Source: a candidate division WOR-3 bacterium (GTDB lineage Bacteria; Hydrothermota; Tepidihabitantia; Tepidihabitantales; CAIPLT01). Taken from it: DNA of 47,184 bases. Made by a program: the position numbers and the translations under genes. Shown here piece by piece: positions 38,932-47,184 of the stretch (within the stretch, counting starts at the first letter, position 1; each line of letters begins with the position of its first letter). Under the pieces are notes generated by a model. That model was given only the letters and a program-made list of their open reading frames with translations. It was not told the origin of the DNA and did no database searches. Location: positions 9,150-56,333 of the forward strand of contig CBFGJZ010000002.1 in the NCBI GenBank assembly GCA_965649215.1, in the 5' to 3' direction.

Positions 38932-39625
38932 TTCTTTCGCCTTCTTGTATTATTGTATCAATTTCATTGATATCAGTGATCGTTTCTGGCTTGAGACTAT
39001 CTAATAACATTTTTTCTAATTGATAAATTTGTTCATAAAATTGTTTTTCCGATGACTCAATATTATGATGTAATGTTTTGATAAAAAACCCTCTGATTTT
39101 TTTCCATTTATCAATATTAATTTGTTGAATATCTTCTGGTAATTTATAAATAGCGAGGTCTTGTTTTGAAAAGGCTTCTGCAAGTTCTTTTTTTATATGA
39201 GGAAAGTATTTTGTAAACCAATCAAAAAAACTTTGTGCTCTTTTTAGAAATTTTTTTAAATATTTATCAATATTTCCTTCCCATTTGTTATTACTATAAC
39301 ACTGAGTATTTCCAAGACAGTTATTCCACTCATCTCTGCAATTTTGTACTCTATTTACAACATCCAGATACGGAGTTTGGATTATCCCCATCGTATGTTT
39401 TAAAAAACCATCCATTAACTCTCTAATTGAATTTGCAGATTGAGCAAAACGTTCGGGATTATTTTGTTGTTTTAATACAATCAATGCCCCTATATAATAA
39501 TTAGCTAACTTAAAATCCAGTTTATTTAGTGAATCATAAAGTTCTCTTTGATGTTGTGATAATTCAGGTAGATTTTTAATAATATCAGGTTCAGTTTGGG
39601 ATTGTTGGTTTGATAACTTACTCAT
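38924..39625 (-). CDS. Hypothetical helical protein, possibly a HEPN-like / pPIWI-associating-type nuclease domain
   Basis: 233-aa ORF. NPERFAQSANSIRELMD and a C-terminal R...LHH resemble recalled HEPN-like predicted nucleases; the family call is tentative. Confidence 0.6.
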   Translation of the reverse strand: MSKLSNQQSQTEPDIIKNLPELSQHQRELYDSLNKLDFKLANYYIGALIVLKQQNNPERFAQSANSIRELMDGFLKHTMGIIQTPYLDVVNRVQNCRDEWNNCLGNTQCYSNNKWEGNIDKYLKKFLKRAQSFFDWFTKYFPHIKKELAEAFSKQDLAIYKLPEDIQQINIDKWKKIRGFFIKTLHHNIESSEKQFYEQIYQLEKMLLDSLKPETITDINEIDTIIQEGERND

Positions 39626-39657
39626 TATTACTAAACTAATTAAATAAGCTTTTCTTT

Positions 39658-39685
39658 AATATAATCTTAATATATTACTTGTCAA
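39658..39685 (-). promoter_or_regulatory. Putative promoter of the 233-aa/947-aa gene pair
   Basis: Minus strand TTGACA-N16-TATATT, ~32 nt upstream of the ATG at 39625. Confidence 0.55.
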
Positions 39686-39921
39686 GATAAAAAGAATCTG
39701 ACATTTTTTAGTAATCAAAGCAAACCTTAAAGTTTATACTACAATTTACTTTTTTATCTTCTTCTTGTATTTTCATGGTTAAATGTGTAAATTCACAATG
39801 TTAGTTAGCAAGTTAATGCTGAAATCTTGCTATACATTTTGAGACCACGAAGTAAACTTGTCCTGACAAAAATCAGGATTTATAATGACTGATAATCGTG
39901 TAATCTGTGACAGCAATATCT

Positions 39922-40170
39922 CTATTTATAAATATCTTTGCGATGACCGACTCTTAGTACAACAATAATCTCTTTATCAATATCAAAAATAACTCGATAA
40001 TCTCCGATTCTAAACCGATATGTGCCAATTTTGGGGTCACTTAGTTTACGGGCATATTTCATTGGCTCGGCTGCGTATTCTTTGAGTTTGCTAGCGAGTC
40101 TTGATTTCGTATCCGCGTCAATATTGGTTAAATCTTTAATGGCTCTTTGCGTGAATAGTATCTGAAACAT
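39922..40170 (-). CDS. RelE/ParE-family type II toxin
   Basis: 82 aa: FQILFTQRAIKDL...YRFRIGDYRVIFDI...VLRVGHRKDIYK. TAATG coupling to the upstream small gene. Confidence 0.92.
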   Translation of the reverse strand: MFQILFTQRAIKDLTNIDADTKSRLASKLKEYAAEPMKYARKLSDPKIGTYRFRIGDYRVIFDIDKEIIVVLRVGHRKDIYK

Positions 40171-40361
40171 TAAAACACTTCGTCAATTTTCTTACATCTG
40201 CCTTCTTGATAATCTTTTCTCGCTTCTTTAACCGAATTACAATAATCCTGACAAGAAAGCGCAACCATATCTTCAATTAAATCACTAAGCGTCTCTTTTA
40301 CTACCTCAGAAATTAATGCCCGTAGTTCTTCGATTGTTAAATCTTGCACTTTTGTCGGCAT
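40170..40361 (-). CDS. Putative cognate antitoxin
   Basis: 63-aa acidic protein directly upstream of the toxin. ATG at 40361 follows a strong SD (GAGGAGG). C-terminal SVKEARKDYQEGR is typical of RelE-partner antitoxins. Confidence 0.8.
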   Translation of the reverse strand: MPTKVQDLTIEELRALISEVVKETLSDLIEDMVALSCQDYCNSVKEARKDYQEGRCKKIDEVF

Positions 40362-40399
40362 AAAGTTCCTCCTCAATCGTATCTTTTTATTCTGAATTG

Positions 40400-40428
40400 A
40401 GTATAGATAGTTAAATTTAATCTGTCAA
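40400..40428 (-). promoter_or_regulatory. Putative promoter of the TA operon
   Basis: Minus strand TTGACA-N17-TATACT. Confidence 0.7.
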
Positions 40429-40541
40429 GAGTTTGACGAGTTAAACAACGCTAAATACCACGAAGCTAAAATTTGATGGTTAATTTCTAAATGAGCCAGA
40501 GATATGAAAGAAAAGGTTCTAGAGTGTAAAATTAAAAAGAA

Positions 40542-41234
40542 CTAAGTTAAATATTGTCTTCGCTTATTTTTGCTAAATCGTTCAATTGCATAGCGTAAAG
40601 TCATTCTCGGCATTGTTTTGTAATATTTGTGTAAAAACTCTTCTTCTTTCGCTTCGGATATTCTTTTGCCAACTTCTCGTAACATCCAACCAACTGCTTT
40701 ATGGATTAAGTCGTGTTCATCATTAAGTAAAAGTTTTGCGATTGTAAAACATTCTTTATATCTTTGATTCTTGATAAAATGAAAAGTCGCCAATATCGCG
40801 ATTCTCCGTGCCCATAAATTTTTAGATTTAGCCAGTTTCTTTAATATTGAAATATCGTTCTTTTCTATAAGATATCGCCCAATGATTTTTTCGGCTGATA
40901 AATCAACCAAGTCCCAATTATTAATATGCTTGGTATTTTTTAGATAGAACTTATATATTGCATCTTTTTGAGAAGGAAACTTTTCAACTAAAATTAATAA
41001 AGCAATTAATCGATGTTCGTGATATTTACTATTCAGTAATTCTTGAATTTCAGATAATTTGAGATGTTTATATCGCTTGGCAATTTTTCTCTGTTTGGGT
41101 ACGCTTATTCCCAGAAAAATATCGCCTTCGCCATATTCACCTTTTTCGGTCTTAAAGAAGCGCTGTAAGATTTTCGCTTTTTGGGGGTCACTAACCGACT
41201 TAATTTCGTGCTTAATTTTTTCAATATTATTCAT
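40542..41234 (-). CDS. AlkD-like DNA alkylation repair protein
   Basis: FFKTEKGEYGEGDIFLG, INNWDLVD, WARRIA, DLIHKAVGWMLREVGKR, PRMTLRYAIE. Confidence 0.9.
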   Translation of the reverse strand: MNNIEKIKHEIKSVSDPQKAKILQRFFKTEKGEYGEGDIFLGISVPKQRKIAKRYKHLKLSEIQELLNSKYHEHRLIALLILVEKFPSQKDAIYKFYLKNTKHINNWDLVDLSAEKIIGRYLIEKNDISILKKLAKSKNLWARRIAILATFHFIKNQRYKECFTIAKLLLNDEHDLIHKAVGWMLREVGKRISEAKEEEFLHKYYKTMPRMTLRYAIERFSKNKRRQYLT

Positions 41235-41242
41235 AAACTCAT

Positions 41243-41271
41243 AGCATAATTTGCAAATGATTTATTGTCAA
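41243..41271 (-). promoter_or_regulatory. Putative promoter of the alkD-like gene (near-leaderless)
   Basis: Minus strand TTGACA-N17-TATGCT, 8 nt before the ATG. Confidence 0.6.
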
Positions 41272-41388
41272 TTAGTATCTATATTGTTTTATAATAAATA
41301 TGTGTTAATAAGCAATTAGAACACTAAATTAATCAGCATAGTTCTTTTTTTGATTGCATTTATTGCTTTCCTGATAGTTTAAATATCA

Positions 41389-41416
41389 TTGACTTAAATT
41401 AATATCCTATTATTAT
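41389..41416 (+). promoter_or_regulatory. Putative promoter of xerC (leaderless)
   Basis: TTGACT-N16-TATTAT, 6 nt before the ATG at 41423. No SD. Confidence 0.55.
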
Positions 41417-41422
41417 ATTCTG

Positions 41423-42316
41423 ATGCCGATTTATCCTTCCGATGAACGCATTGAGCAGTTTCTTAATTACTTAAAGTCGGAAAAGAATTTTTCAGCGCAT
41501 ACCGCTCGTGCTTATCAAATTGATTTGTATCAGTTCTTAGAGTTTCTTTTTGACCGAAAAAACAAGAAAAATATTTTAGAGGTCAACCGCGAAGACATTC
41601 GAGATTTTATCGGTTATTTGTTAAGATATGGTTATGAACGGACTTCGGTAGCGCGAAAATTATCTAGTTTGAAATCGTTCTATAAATTTCTTACACGGCG
41701 AAAATTTATTTTAATTAATCCCGTACGAGCATTAAAAACTCCCAAAATAACGAAAAAACTACCTGGATTTTTAACTCAGTATCAAATTCAAAAAGTTTTA
41801 GAAATTAGCGGTAATGATGAACGGTCATTGCGAAATCGTGCAATTATGGAACTATTATACGGCGCTGGACTTAGAGCCTCAGAATTAGTTGGTCTTAATA
41901 TTGATGATATCGATTTTCATAATGAAGTTGTTTTAGTTAAAGGCAAAGGCAATAAAGAACGGATTGCACCACTGGGGAGTTATGCTCAAAAGGCAGTTAA
42001 AGAATATTTAGCGATAAGACAAGAAAAACAGAATCCAGCATTATTCTTAAATCTTCATGGCAAAAGGTTAACTACACGGTCAGTTCAGACAATTGTCAAA
42101 CGATTAATCACAAGGGCTGCAGAAGTAAGTCATACTAATCCTCATACTTTACGTCATTCTTTTGCAACTCATTTGTTAGAGCGTGGTGCGGATTTACGCG
42201 CAGTACAAGAATTGTTAGGTCATAGTTCACTCTCAGCAACTCAAATTTATACTCATCTGTCAGTGAAAAAACTTAAAGAAATATACGAGAAAGCACATCC
42301 CCGAGCTCAGGAATAA
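41423..42316 (+). CDS. xerC: Tyrosine recombinase, XerC/XerD type
   Basis: SAHTARAYQIDL, RKLSSLKSFY, LLYGAGLRASE, KGKGNKER, PHTLRHSFATHLL, VQELLGH, TQIYTH, AHPRA. 297 aa. Confidence 0.88.
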   Translation: MPIYPSDERIEQFLNYLKSEKNFSAHTARAYQIDLYQFLEFLFDRKNKKNILEVNREDIRDFIGYLLRYGYERTSVARKLSSLKSFYKFLTRRKFILINPVRALKTPKITKKLPGFLTQYQIQKVLEISGNDERSLRNRAIMELLYGAGLRASELVGLNIDDIDFHNEVVLVKGKGNKERIAPLGSYAQKAVKEYLAIRQEKQNPALFLNLHGKRLTTRSVQTIVKRLITRAAEVSHTNPHTLRHSFATHLLERGADLRAVQELLGHSSLSATQIYTHLSVKKLKEIYEKAHPRAQE

Positions 42317-42347
42317 AATAATAAAATCTTTTTTGATTGATCAATAC

Positions 42348-42375
42348 TTGACAATACCCGTTTTTCTAATAAAAT
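42348..42375 (+). promoter_or_regulatory. Putative promoter of the secreted-protein gene
   Basis: TTGACA-N16-TAAAAT. Confidence 0.6.
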
Positions 42376-42385
42376 TAAAATTAAC

Positions 42386-42476
42386 TTTCGCTGAAGGCGA
42401 TATAAAGTTATATCGCAAAATTATGCGTCTTGTTTAGTATAAAATTATGAAGGATAAGACGCAGGCGAAAAGGAGG
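42386..42476 (+). promoter_or_regulatory. Candidate structured 5' leader (three-way junction) abutting the SD
   Basis: P1 tttcgct/ggcgaaa, P2 gcgatata/tatatcgc, P3 tgcgtcttg/taagacgca. AGGAGG follows immediately at 42471-42476. Confidence 0.5.
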
Positions 42477-42484
42477 CACTATAT

Positions 42485-44350
42485 ATGTTACAAATTGTAT
42501 TAGTAATTTTTACTGCGCTTTCCTCACCACTGACATTACCTCAAAATATAACTAAAGGCGGTGGCGGACCAGATGCGTATGGTTATCGTTACATTGATAA
42601 TGATACTGTCGCACCTAATGTACCAGTCTATGATTGGAAAGATATTAGTACGGTCGGTACAAGGGTGTTGGGATTGATGGACGATAATGTCGTTGGACCA
42701 TTTCCAATCGGATTTAATTTTCCTTATTATTGGTATCGAGTGAATAGTTTTTATGTAAGTTCGAACGGATATATATCGTTTAGTGATAATTTTAATGGCT
42801 CTAGTCCATTTTCAAATGTTCCAAATCCAGCTCGTCCCAACGATGTGGTTGCGCCATTAATGTCGGATTTAGACTTTTCTTCAGTTAGTCCTAATGATAC
42901 TGCCCGTTGTTTTTATTGGACTAATGCCACACTGGATACTTGCATTATCTCTTATATTAATGTTCGTTGGTGGTATCCCAATCCATCCCAATCAGCAGCA
43001 ACGAGATGTACTTTCCAAATTATTTTATCAAAACCTGATAGTTCAATTACTTTTCAATACAAAAGAATTGTTGGAGCACCATATGGCGGATGGTCACCAA
43101 CTTATAACACAACCGGCATTGAAAATGTCACAGGAACAGTCGGTTTGAGTTATCTAAATGGTGTTTTACCGTCGCAGAATGCACTCCATGAGACCTTAGC
43201 AGTAAAGTTCTATCCGCCACAAACAACTTCATACCAAGTTAGCGATATTGGAATTCTAAATGCGATGAACGAGAATTCAGGCGGATTTTTTATTCTCAAC
43301 AATACGCCCAAGACACTATGGGCAAAAGTGAAAAATACGGGTAATCAGCCATTATCCAATTGTTCAGCATTTGTAAGAGTTCGGAATTCAGCCAATTCAA
43401 TTGTCTATTCTAATGCAGTAGCAATTGGTTCAATGACGCCGACCCAAATAGAATCAATAACGTTCGGAACTTGGACACCAACTGCAAATGGTGTATACCG
43501 AACTACTTTCCGAGCTAAAGTCAGTGGTGATATGTATGTTGGTAATGATTCGGTAATTTTAGAAACCCGGGTAATGACTTATCCTGGAGAATTGATGTTT
43601 GATGACGGTGTGTTAGATCAAGGTACTTCTTGGCAGGGAAATAATGGTGGTATGGGAATGAAATTTACACCTCCCCAATATCCGTGTCGAATTACAGGTG
43701 CTAAAGCATATTTATATTATCAAAACTCACCACTCACATGTACCCTTTGGGTGCTAAGAGATGATGGACCGGGTGGTTCCCCGGGAAGTGTTTTAGGACG
43801 GGGCAATATTACAGTCACCGCTACTTCAACTGCACCAGCTTGGTATCAAATTAACTTATCGCCAGCACCTGTTATCAGTTCAGGTTCATTCTTTGTTGGT
43901 GTTACATCAAATGGTACATCAGATCCAGTTTATTGTATTGATACTTCGTTCCCGGTTTCCCGTCAAAGCTGGGAATATACCGGTTCATGGGCACCGTATC
44001 GGAGTAACTATGAAGATGATATTATGATGAGGGCAATGGTTGAACTCGGACCATGGATTACGGAAACAGAACCGACTCAAATTGCTAACACCAATGCGTT
44101 TTTGTCAATCTATCCAAATCCAATTGTTAATAGTGCAAAAATTAAATTTCATAATACAAGTTCTTCCCAGATTAAAACCGTTGAGATCTACAATATCGCA
44201 GGTGAACAGGTTAATACTTTAAGTACAGATCAAGATTATATTATTTGGCAGGGTAATGATAGTCAAGGTCGAAAATTAAATCGCGGTATCTATTTTGTCA
44301 AACTTAACAATAAAGACGCTTCGGTAATAAAAGTGTTATTAGCTAAATAA
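42485..44350 (+). CDS. Secreted beta-rich protein with a C-terminal T9SS-type A / FlgD-Ig-like sorting domain
   Basis: Signal peptide, GGPDAYGY, and a CARDB-like VKNTG segment. C-terminus LSIYPNP...EIYNIAGEQV...WQGNDSQGRKLNRGIYFVKL...KVLLAK. Confidence 0.85.
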   Translation: MLQIVLVIFTALSSPLTLPQNITKGGGGPDAYGYRYIDNDTVAPNVPVYDWKDISTVGTRVLGLMDDNVVGPFPIGFNFPYYWYRVNSFYVSSNGYISFSDNFNGSSPFSNVPNPARPNDVVAPLMSDLDFSSVSPNDTARCFYWTNATLDTCIISYINVRWWYPNPSQSAATRCTFQIILSKPDSSITFQYKRIVGAPYGGWSPTYNTTGIENVTGTVGLSYLNGVLPSQNALHETLAVKFYPPQTTSYQVSDIGILNAMNENSGGFFILNNTPKTLWAKVKNTGNQPLSNCSAFVRVRNSANSIVYSNAVAIGSMTPTQIESITFGTWTPTANGVYRTTFRAKVSGDMYVGNDSVILETRVMTYPGELMFDDGVLDQGTSWQGNNGGMGMKFTPPQYPCRITGAKAYLYYQNSPLTCTLWVLRDDGPGGSPGSVLGRGNITVTATSTAPAWYQINLSPAPVISSGSFFVGVTSNGTSDPVYCIDTSFPVSRQSWEYTGSWAPYRSNYEDDIMMRAMVELGPWITETEPTQIANTNAFLSIYPNPIVNSAKIKFHNTSSSQIKTVEIYNIAGEQVNTLSTDQDYIIWQGNDSQGRKLNRGIYFVKLNNKDASVIKVLLAK

Positions 44351-44365
44351 TATAATTTAATCTAC

Positions 44366-44400
44366 ACAAAAAAGGGGGCTTGGAAAAGCCCCCTTTTTGT
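44366..44400. terminator. Bidirectional rho-independent terminator
   Basis: AAAAAGGGGGCTT-GGAA-AAGCCCCCTTTTT between two convergent genes. Confidence 0.9.
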
Positions 44401-45140
44401 TAAGACTGAAAATGATAATGTTGTGAATATAATTTTACATTTTCCAAATGATAAAATAAGTAATTTTGAATCAGTTCTAATGTTTGTCTACTAATATTAA
44501 AAGAAATACTTTTGGAAATTGGGTGGTTAAGTAAATAAGAGATTGATTTAATATGATTAAGTCCATTAATTGCCTGGCAATCTGGATGTTTTTTACAATT
44601 ACAAATCACACCCCCCAATTTAATGCTGAAAGCAGCAATTTTTTCACTGCTGCAGATAAGGCATTTGTTTAATTCAGGTTTATAGCCAAGCAAATTAGCT
44701 GTTTTTAGGTAAAAAGCACCAATAAACGCATTATAGTTGGTTTGTTTTCTTGCTGGAGATTGGTTAAGGATTCGCAAACTGCTAAGGAGCAAATCAAATA
44801 TTTTCGGATTAGGATCTTCAAGATCACTTGAGCGTAAAATCAGTTCACAAATTTCATTAGCATAATAAAATTTTTCTAAGTTGGTTAGCGATGTAAATGA
44901 TTCAAGTAAGGATGCAGTTGATAAAGTATAGATAGATTTTAATTCTTTTTTATAAAAGATAATTTCAGCGAGAGAAAATAATTCTAAAGCAGCACCAAAT
45001 TTACTTTTGGGATTACGGGCACCTTTGGCAAGGAGATTGATTTTGCCATGGTGTTGAGTGTAATAAGTAAGTAATTTACTTGTTTGTCGAATTGATTGGG
45101 AATTAAGGCAGATACCGATTGTTTTAATTATTTTCGGCAT
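44400..45140 (-). CDS. recO: DNA repair protein RecO
   Basis: OB-fold N-terminus (SKLLTYYT..GKINLLAKGARNPKSKF), LGYKPEL, Zn finger CLIC...CNCK. Confidence 0.9.
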   Translation of the reverse strand: MPKIIKTIGICLNSQSIRQTSKLLTYYTQHHGKINLLAKGARNPKSKFGAALELFSLAEIIFYKKELKSIYTLSTASLLESFTSLTNLEKFYYANEICELILRSSDLEDPNPKIFDLLLSSLRILNQSPARKQTNYNAFIGAFYLKTANLLGYKPELNKCLICSSEKIAAFSIKLGGVICNCKKHPDCQAINGLNHIKSISYLLNHPISKSISFNISRQTLELIQNYLFYHLENVKLYSQHYHFQS

Positions 45141-45150
45141 TGTTAAGACA

Positions 45151-46500
45151 TTAGTGATGACCGAAAATTCGCAGAGCTAAAGAAGCAAATCCCAACAAGG
45201 CAAATAATCCTAAAGCATCAGTAACCGCAGTGAGTAATAATCCAGATGCCAAAGCCGGGTCTTTTTTAAATCGTACTAATAGTAAAGGAATTAATAAGCC
45301 AGTAACTGCTCCAACAATCATGTTTACAACTAACGCACCAAAGACAACAAGACCTAAAATTGGTGAGCCACGAAAGACAATAGCAATGAGAGCAGTAATG
45401 ATGCCACAAGCAAGACCGGTTAAAAAACCAACTTTTATCTCTTTAAAGAGTAACCGCTTGGTATCGGCATAAGTAACTTCGCCTAAAGCAATCGAACGAA
45501 CAATGATTGCAATTACCTGACTGCCGGTGGCGCCGCCCATTTCGGAAATAACAGGCATAAAAGCAGCTACGGCAATCATCATTTTAAGAGTTTCTTCAAA
45601 AGAACTGATAACCATTGCCGCAATAAAAGCGCCTAATAAGTCAATATATAAATAAGGCAAGCGATGACTAACACTTTTACGAATTGGTGAAAAAGCCGAT
45701 TCTAATTCAAAGGCATGACCTAGTTTTGCGATATCTTCACTGGCTTCTTCTTCGATTACCTTAATAATATCTTCGCTAGATATAACACCTTTAAGTGTCC
45801 CGAGATCATCGACAACAGGGATTACGGTCATTTCAAAATTACGAGCCTGTCTAATAACTTCTTCCTGGTCATCTAACAACCGAGCTTGGTATGGAACTGG
45901 TTTGGTAATTCGTTTCAGAAGCATGCGGGGTGTATTAAAAATAATATCAACCAAATAAACATAACCCTTGAGACGAGAATATTCGTCAATCACAAAAAAA
46001 ATATTAGAGGGGGGGAGTAAATTGCGATTAATACGAATTTTTTTTAAGGCACTACCAATGGTGTCGGTTTCTAATAGCGGTAGGAAATCGAGACTCATCC
46101 GACCACCAGCTGAGTTTTCTGGATATTGTAAGAGTTCTGCAACTTCTTTTGAATCTTCTTCGGGCAAGGCTTGGAGAATACGGGTACGGTCAGGAGCAGC
46201 AATTGTTTTTACAATGTCAGTAGCTTCATCGGCTTCCATTTCCGAAACGAGTTCACTTAATTTTGGTTTATCAAGTTCGCTTAAAATTATTGCTAATGAA
46301 ATCTTATCAATATCAAGCATTACATCAGCAGCTTGGTCAACATCTAATAATTGAAATAATTTTTTCTTAAGTTCGGGTTCTAAACGACGGATTGCAATGC
46401 TAATCTCCTTAGCCGGGATTTGAGGCAATATTTGTTTTAGCGCATCAATCTGATTTGTGCGTAGCAATTGTTCGATATGATAATGATTTTTTTGATTCAT
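45151..46500 (-). CDS. mgtE: Magnesium transporter MgtE
   Basis: YPENSAGGRM, CBS pair, RLPYL, FMPVISEMGGATGSQ, DPALASG, TAVTD. Confidence 0.93.
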   Translation of the reverse strand: MNQKNHYHIEQLLRTNQIDALKQILPQIPAKEISIAIRRLEPELKKKLFQLLDVDQAADVMLDIDKISLAIILSELDKPKLSELVSEMEADEATDIVKTIAAPDRTRILQALPEEDSKEVAELLQYPENSAGGRMSLDFLPLLETDTIGSALKKIRINRNLLPPSNIFFVIDEYSRLKGYVYLVDIIFNTPRMLLKRITKPVPYQARLLDDQEEVIRQARNFEMTVIPVVDDLGTLKGVISSEDIIKVIEEEASEDIAKLGHAFELESAFSPIRKSVSHRLPYLYIDLLGAFIAAMVISSFEETLKMMIAVAAFMPVISEMGGATGSQVIAIIVRSIALGEVTYADTKRLLFKEIKVGFLTGLACGIITALIAIVFRGSPILGLVVFGALVVNMIVGAVTGLLIPLLLVRFKKDPALASGLLLTAVTDALGLFALLGFASLALRIFGHH

Positions 46501-46503
46501 TGT

Positions 46504-47184
46504 TTATGCTTCACTGCGGATTTCACCGACTAATTCTTCAAGTAAATCTTCTAAAGAAATAATACCGACTGTCTCGCCATTTTTATTTTCAACAATCGCA
46601 AGATGTTCACCTCGTTGTTGCATTGCTTTTAGGACCGACATTGCTTTAGTCTCAGTTAAAACAATGTATGGTTCTCGGAGGATCGTATTTATTTTAAACT
46701 CTCGATTTTGCATAATGCCTATTAAATCTTTGACATGAATAATACCAATAATTTTCTCACTATTTTTTTTAAATACAGGATAACGGGAAAAACGATATTT
46801 GGCAATAGTATTTTTTATAATGCGAAGAGTAGTATCTTCCTTAAAGCCGACGATTCGTTCTTTGGGAATCATAATTTCATGGACGGTCAGTCGAGCAAAA
46901 TCAAAAAGTGCCTTAGCGGTTTGGTGAGTTACCAAAGCAGTCGGTCCATTATGTTGTTTTAGTAGGTATAAAAAATCTTGGCGTGATAAAAAATGCGTAT
47001 TCTCACTTTTATAATGAGGCGAGAAGATTTTAAAAAAAAATGAGAATATTTCCATCAACGGACTGATACCGATTGCCCAATATTCAGGAAACGCTTGGGC
47101 TAATGTTTTAGGCAAGAAATCGCCGAAAATTAAAGATAAAACAGTTACAATTATAATTGCTAAAGTAGTGTAAGCAGGACCAAA
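46504..47184 (-). CDS. CNNM/HlyC-CorC family (DUF21 + CBS) protein; 5' end outside the window
   Basis: Frame is open to the window end (FGPAYTTLAIIIVTVLSLIFGDFLPK). CBS motifs FSRYPV, GIIHVKD and GIISLEDLLEELVGEI. Confidence 0.88.
   Translation of the reverse strand, partial: FGPAYTTLAIIIVTVLSLIFGDFLPKTLAQAFPEYWAIGISPLMEIFSFFFKIFSPHYKSENTHFLSRQDFLYLLKQHNGPTALVTHQTAKALFDFARLTVHEIMIPKERIVGFKEDTTLRIIKNTIAKYRFSRYPVFKKNSEKIIGIIHVKDLIGIMQNREFKINTILREPYIVLTETKAMSVLKAMQQRGEHLAIVENKNGETVGIISLEDLLEELVGEIRSEA

Noticed and set aside
41423-42316. Tyrosine recombinase as an integron integrase or island integrase
   Set aside because: Length and motifs are canonical XerC/D with no IntI-specific insertion. 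No convincing attC (RYYYAAC...GTTRRRY) hairpins were seen between the neighbouring genes.
467-46962. Short ORFs antisense to or nested in long genes (e.g. 1203-1493, 14351-14554, 29738-30088, 31115-31393, 45968-46354)
   Set aside because: They overlap well-supported genes and have no recognisable motifs; they are shadow ORFs.

Overview
AT-rich bacterial chromosomal window from a diderm organism, probably anaerobic. The SprA-like porin, a secretion-tail (T9SS-type CTD) protein, TamAB and a group 3b NiFe hydrogenase suggest an FCB-related lineage such as candidate phylum WOR-3; this is inference, not shown by the sequence. Most of the window is housekeeping: nfeD, folD, ispA-like, dxs, sprA-like, comEA, pmm/pgm, ttcA-like, guaA, tldD/tldE, priA, tamAB, a four-gene hydrogenase operon, apbE, amrS, tRNA-Gly(CCC), xerC, recO, mgtE and a CNNM/CBS gene. 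Two accessory patches interrupt it: one downstream of guaA (~13.1-14.0 kb) and one between tRNA-Gly and xerC (~35.65-41.3 kb). The most striking observation is a non-coding ~350-370 bp element present once in each patch (13120-13477 and 35653-36036). Both copies share termini (5' GGTGGGATAA and 3' AGGTC-N15-TTGAAAATTTA). Between the termini lies an in-phase 12-bp-period array of 19 or 17 units, each a degenerate 7-bp palindrome (G-R-Y-N-R-Y-C) plus a variable 5-nt spacer. Each copy sits ~65 bp downstream of a putative nuclease or defence-type gene. Other points of note: a PriA lacking its ATPase motifs, a frameshifted nuclease-like gene, a three-way-junction 5' leader abutting a Shine-Dalgarno site, and several apparently leaderless genes.
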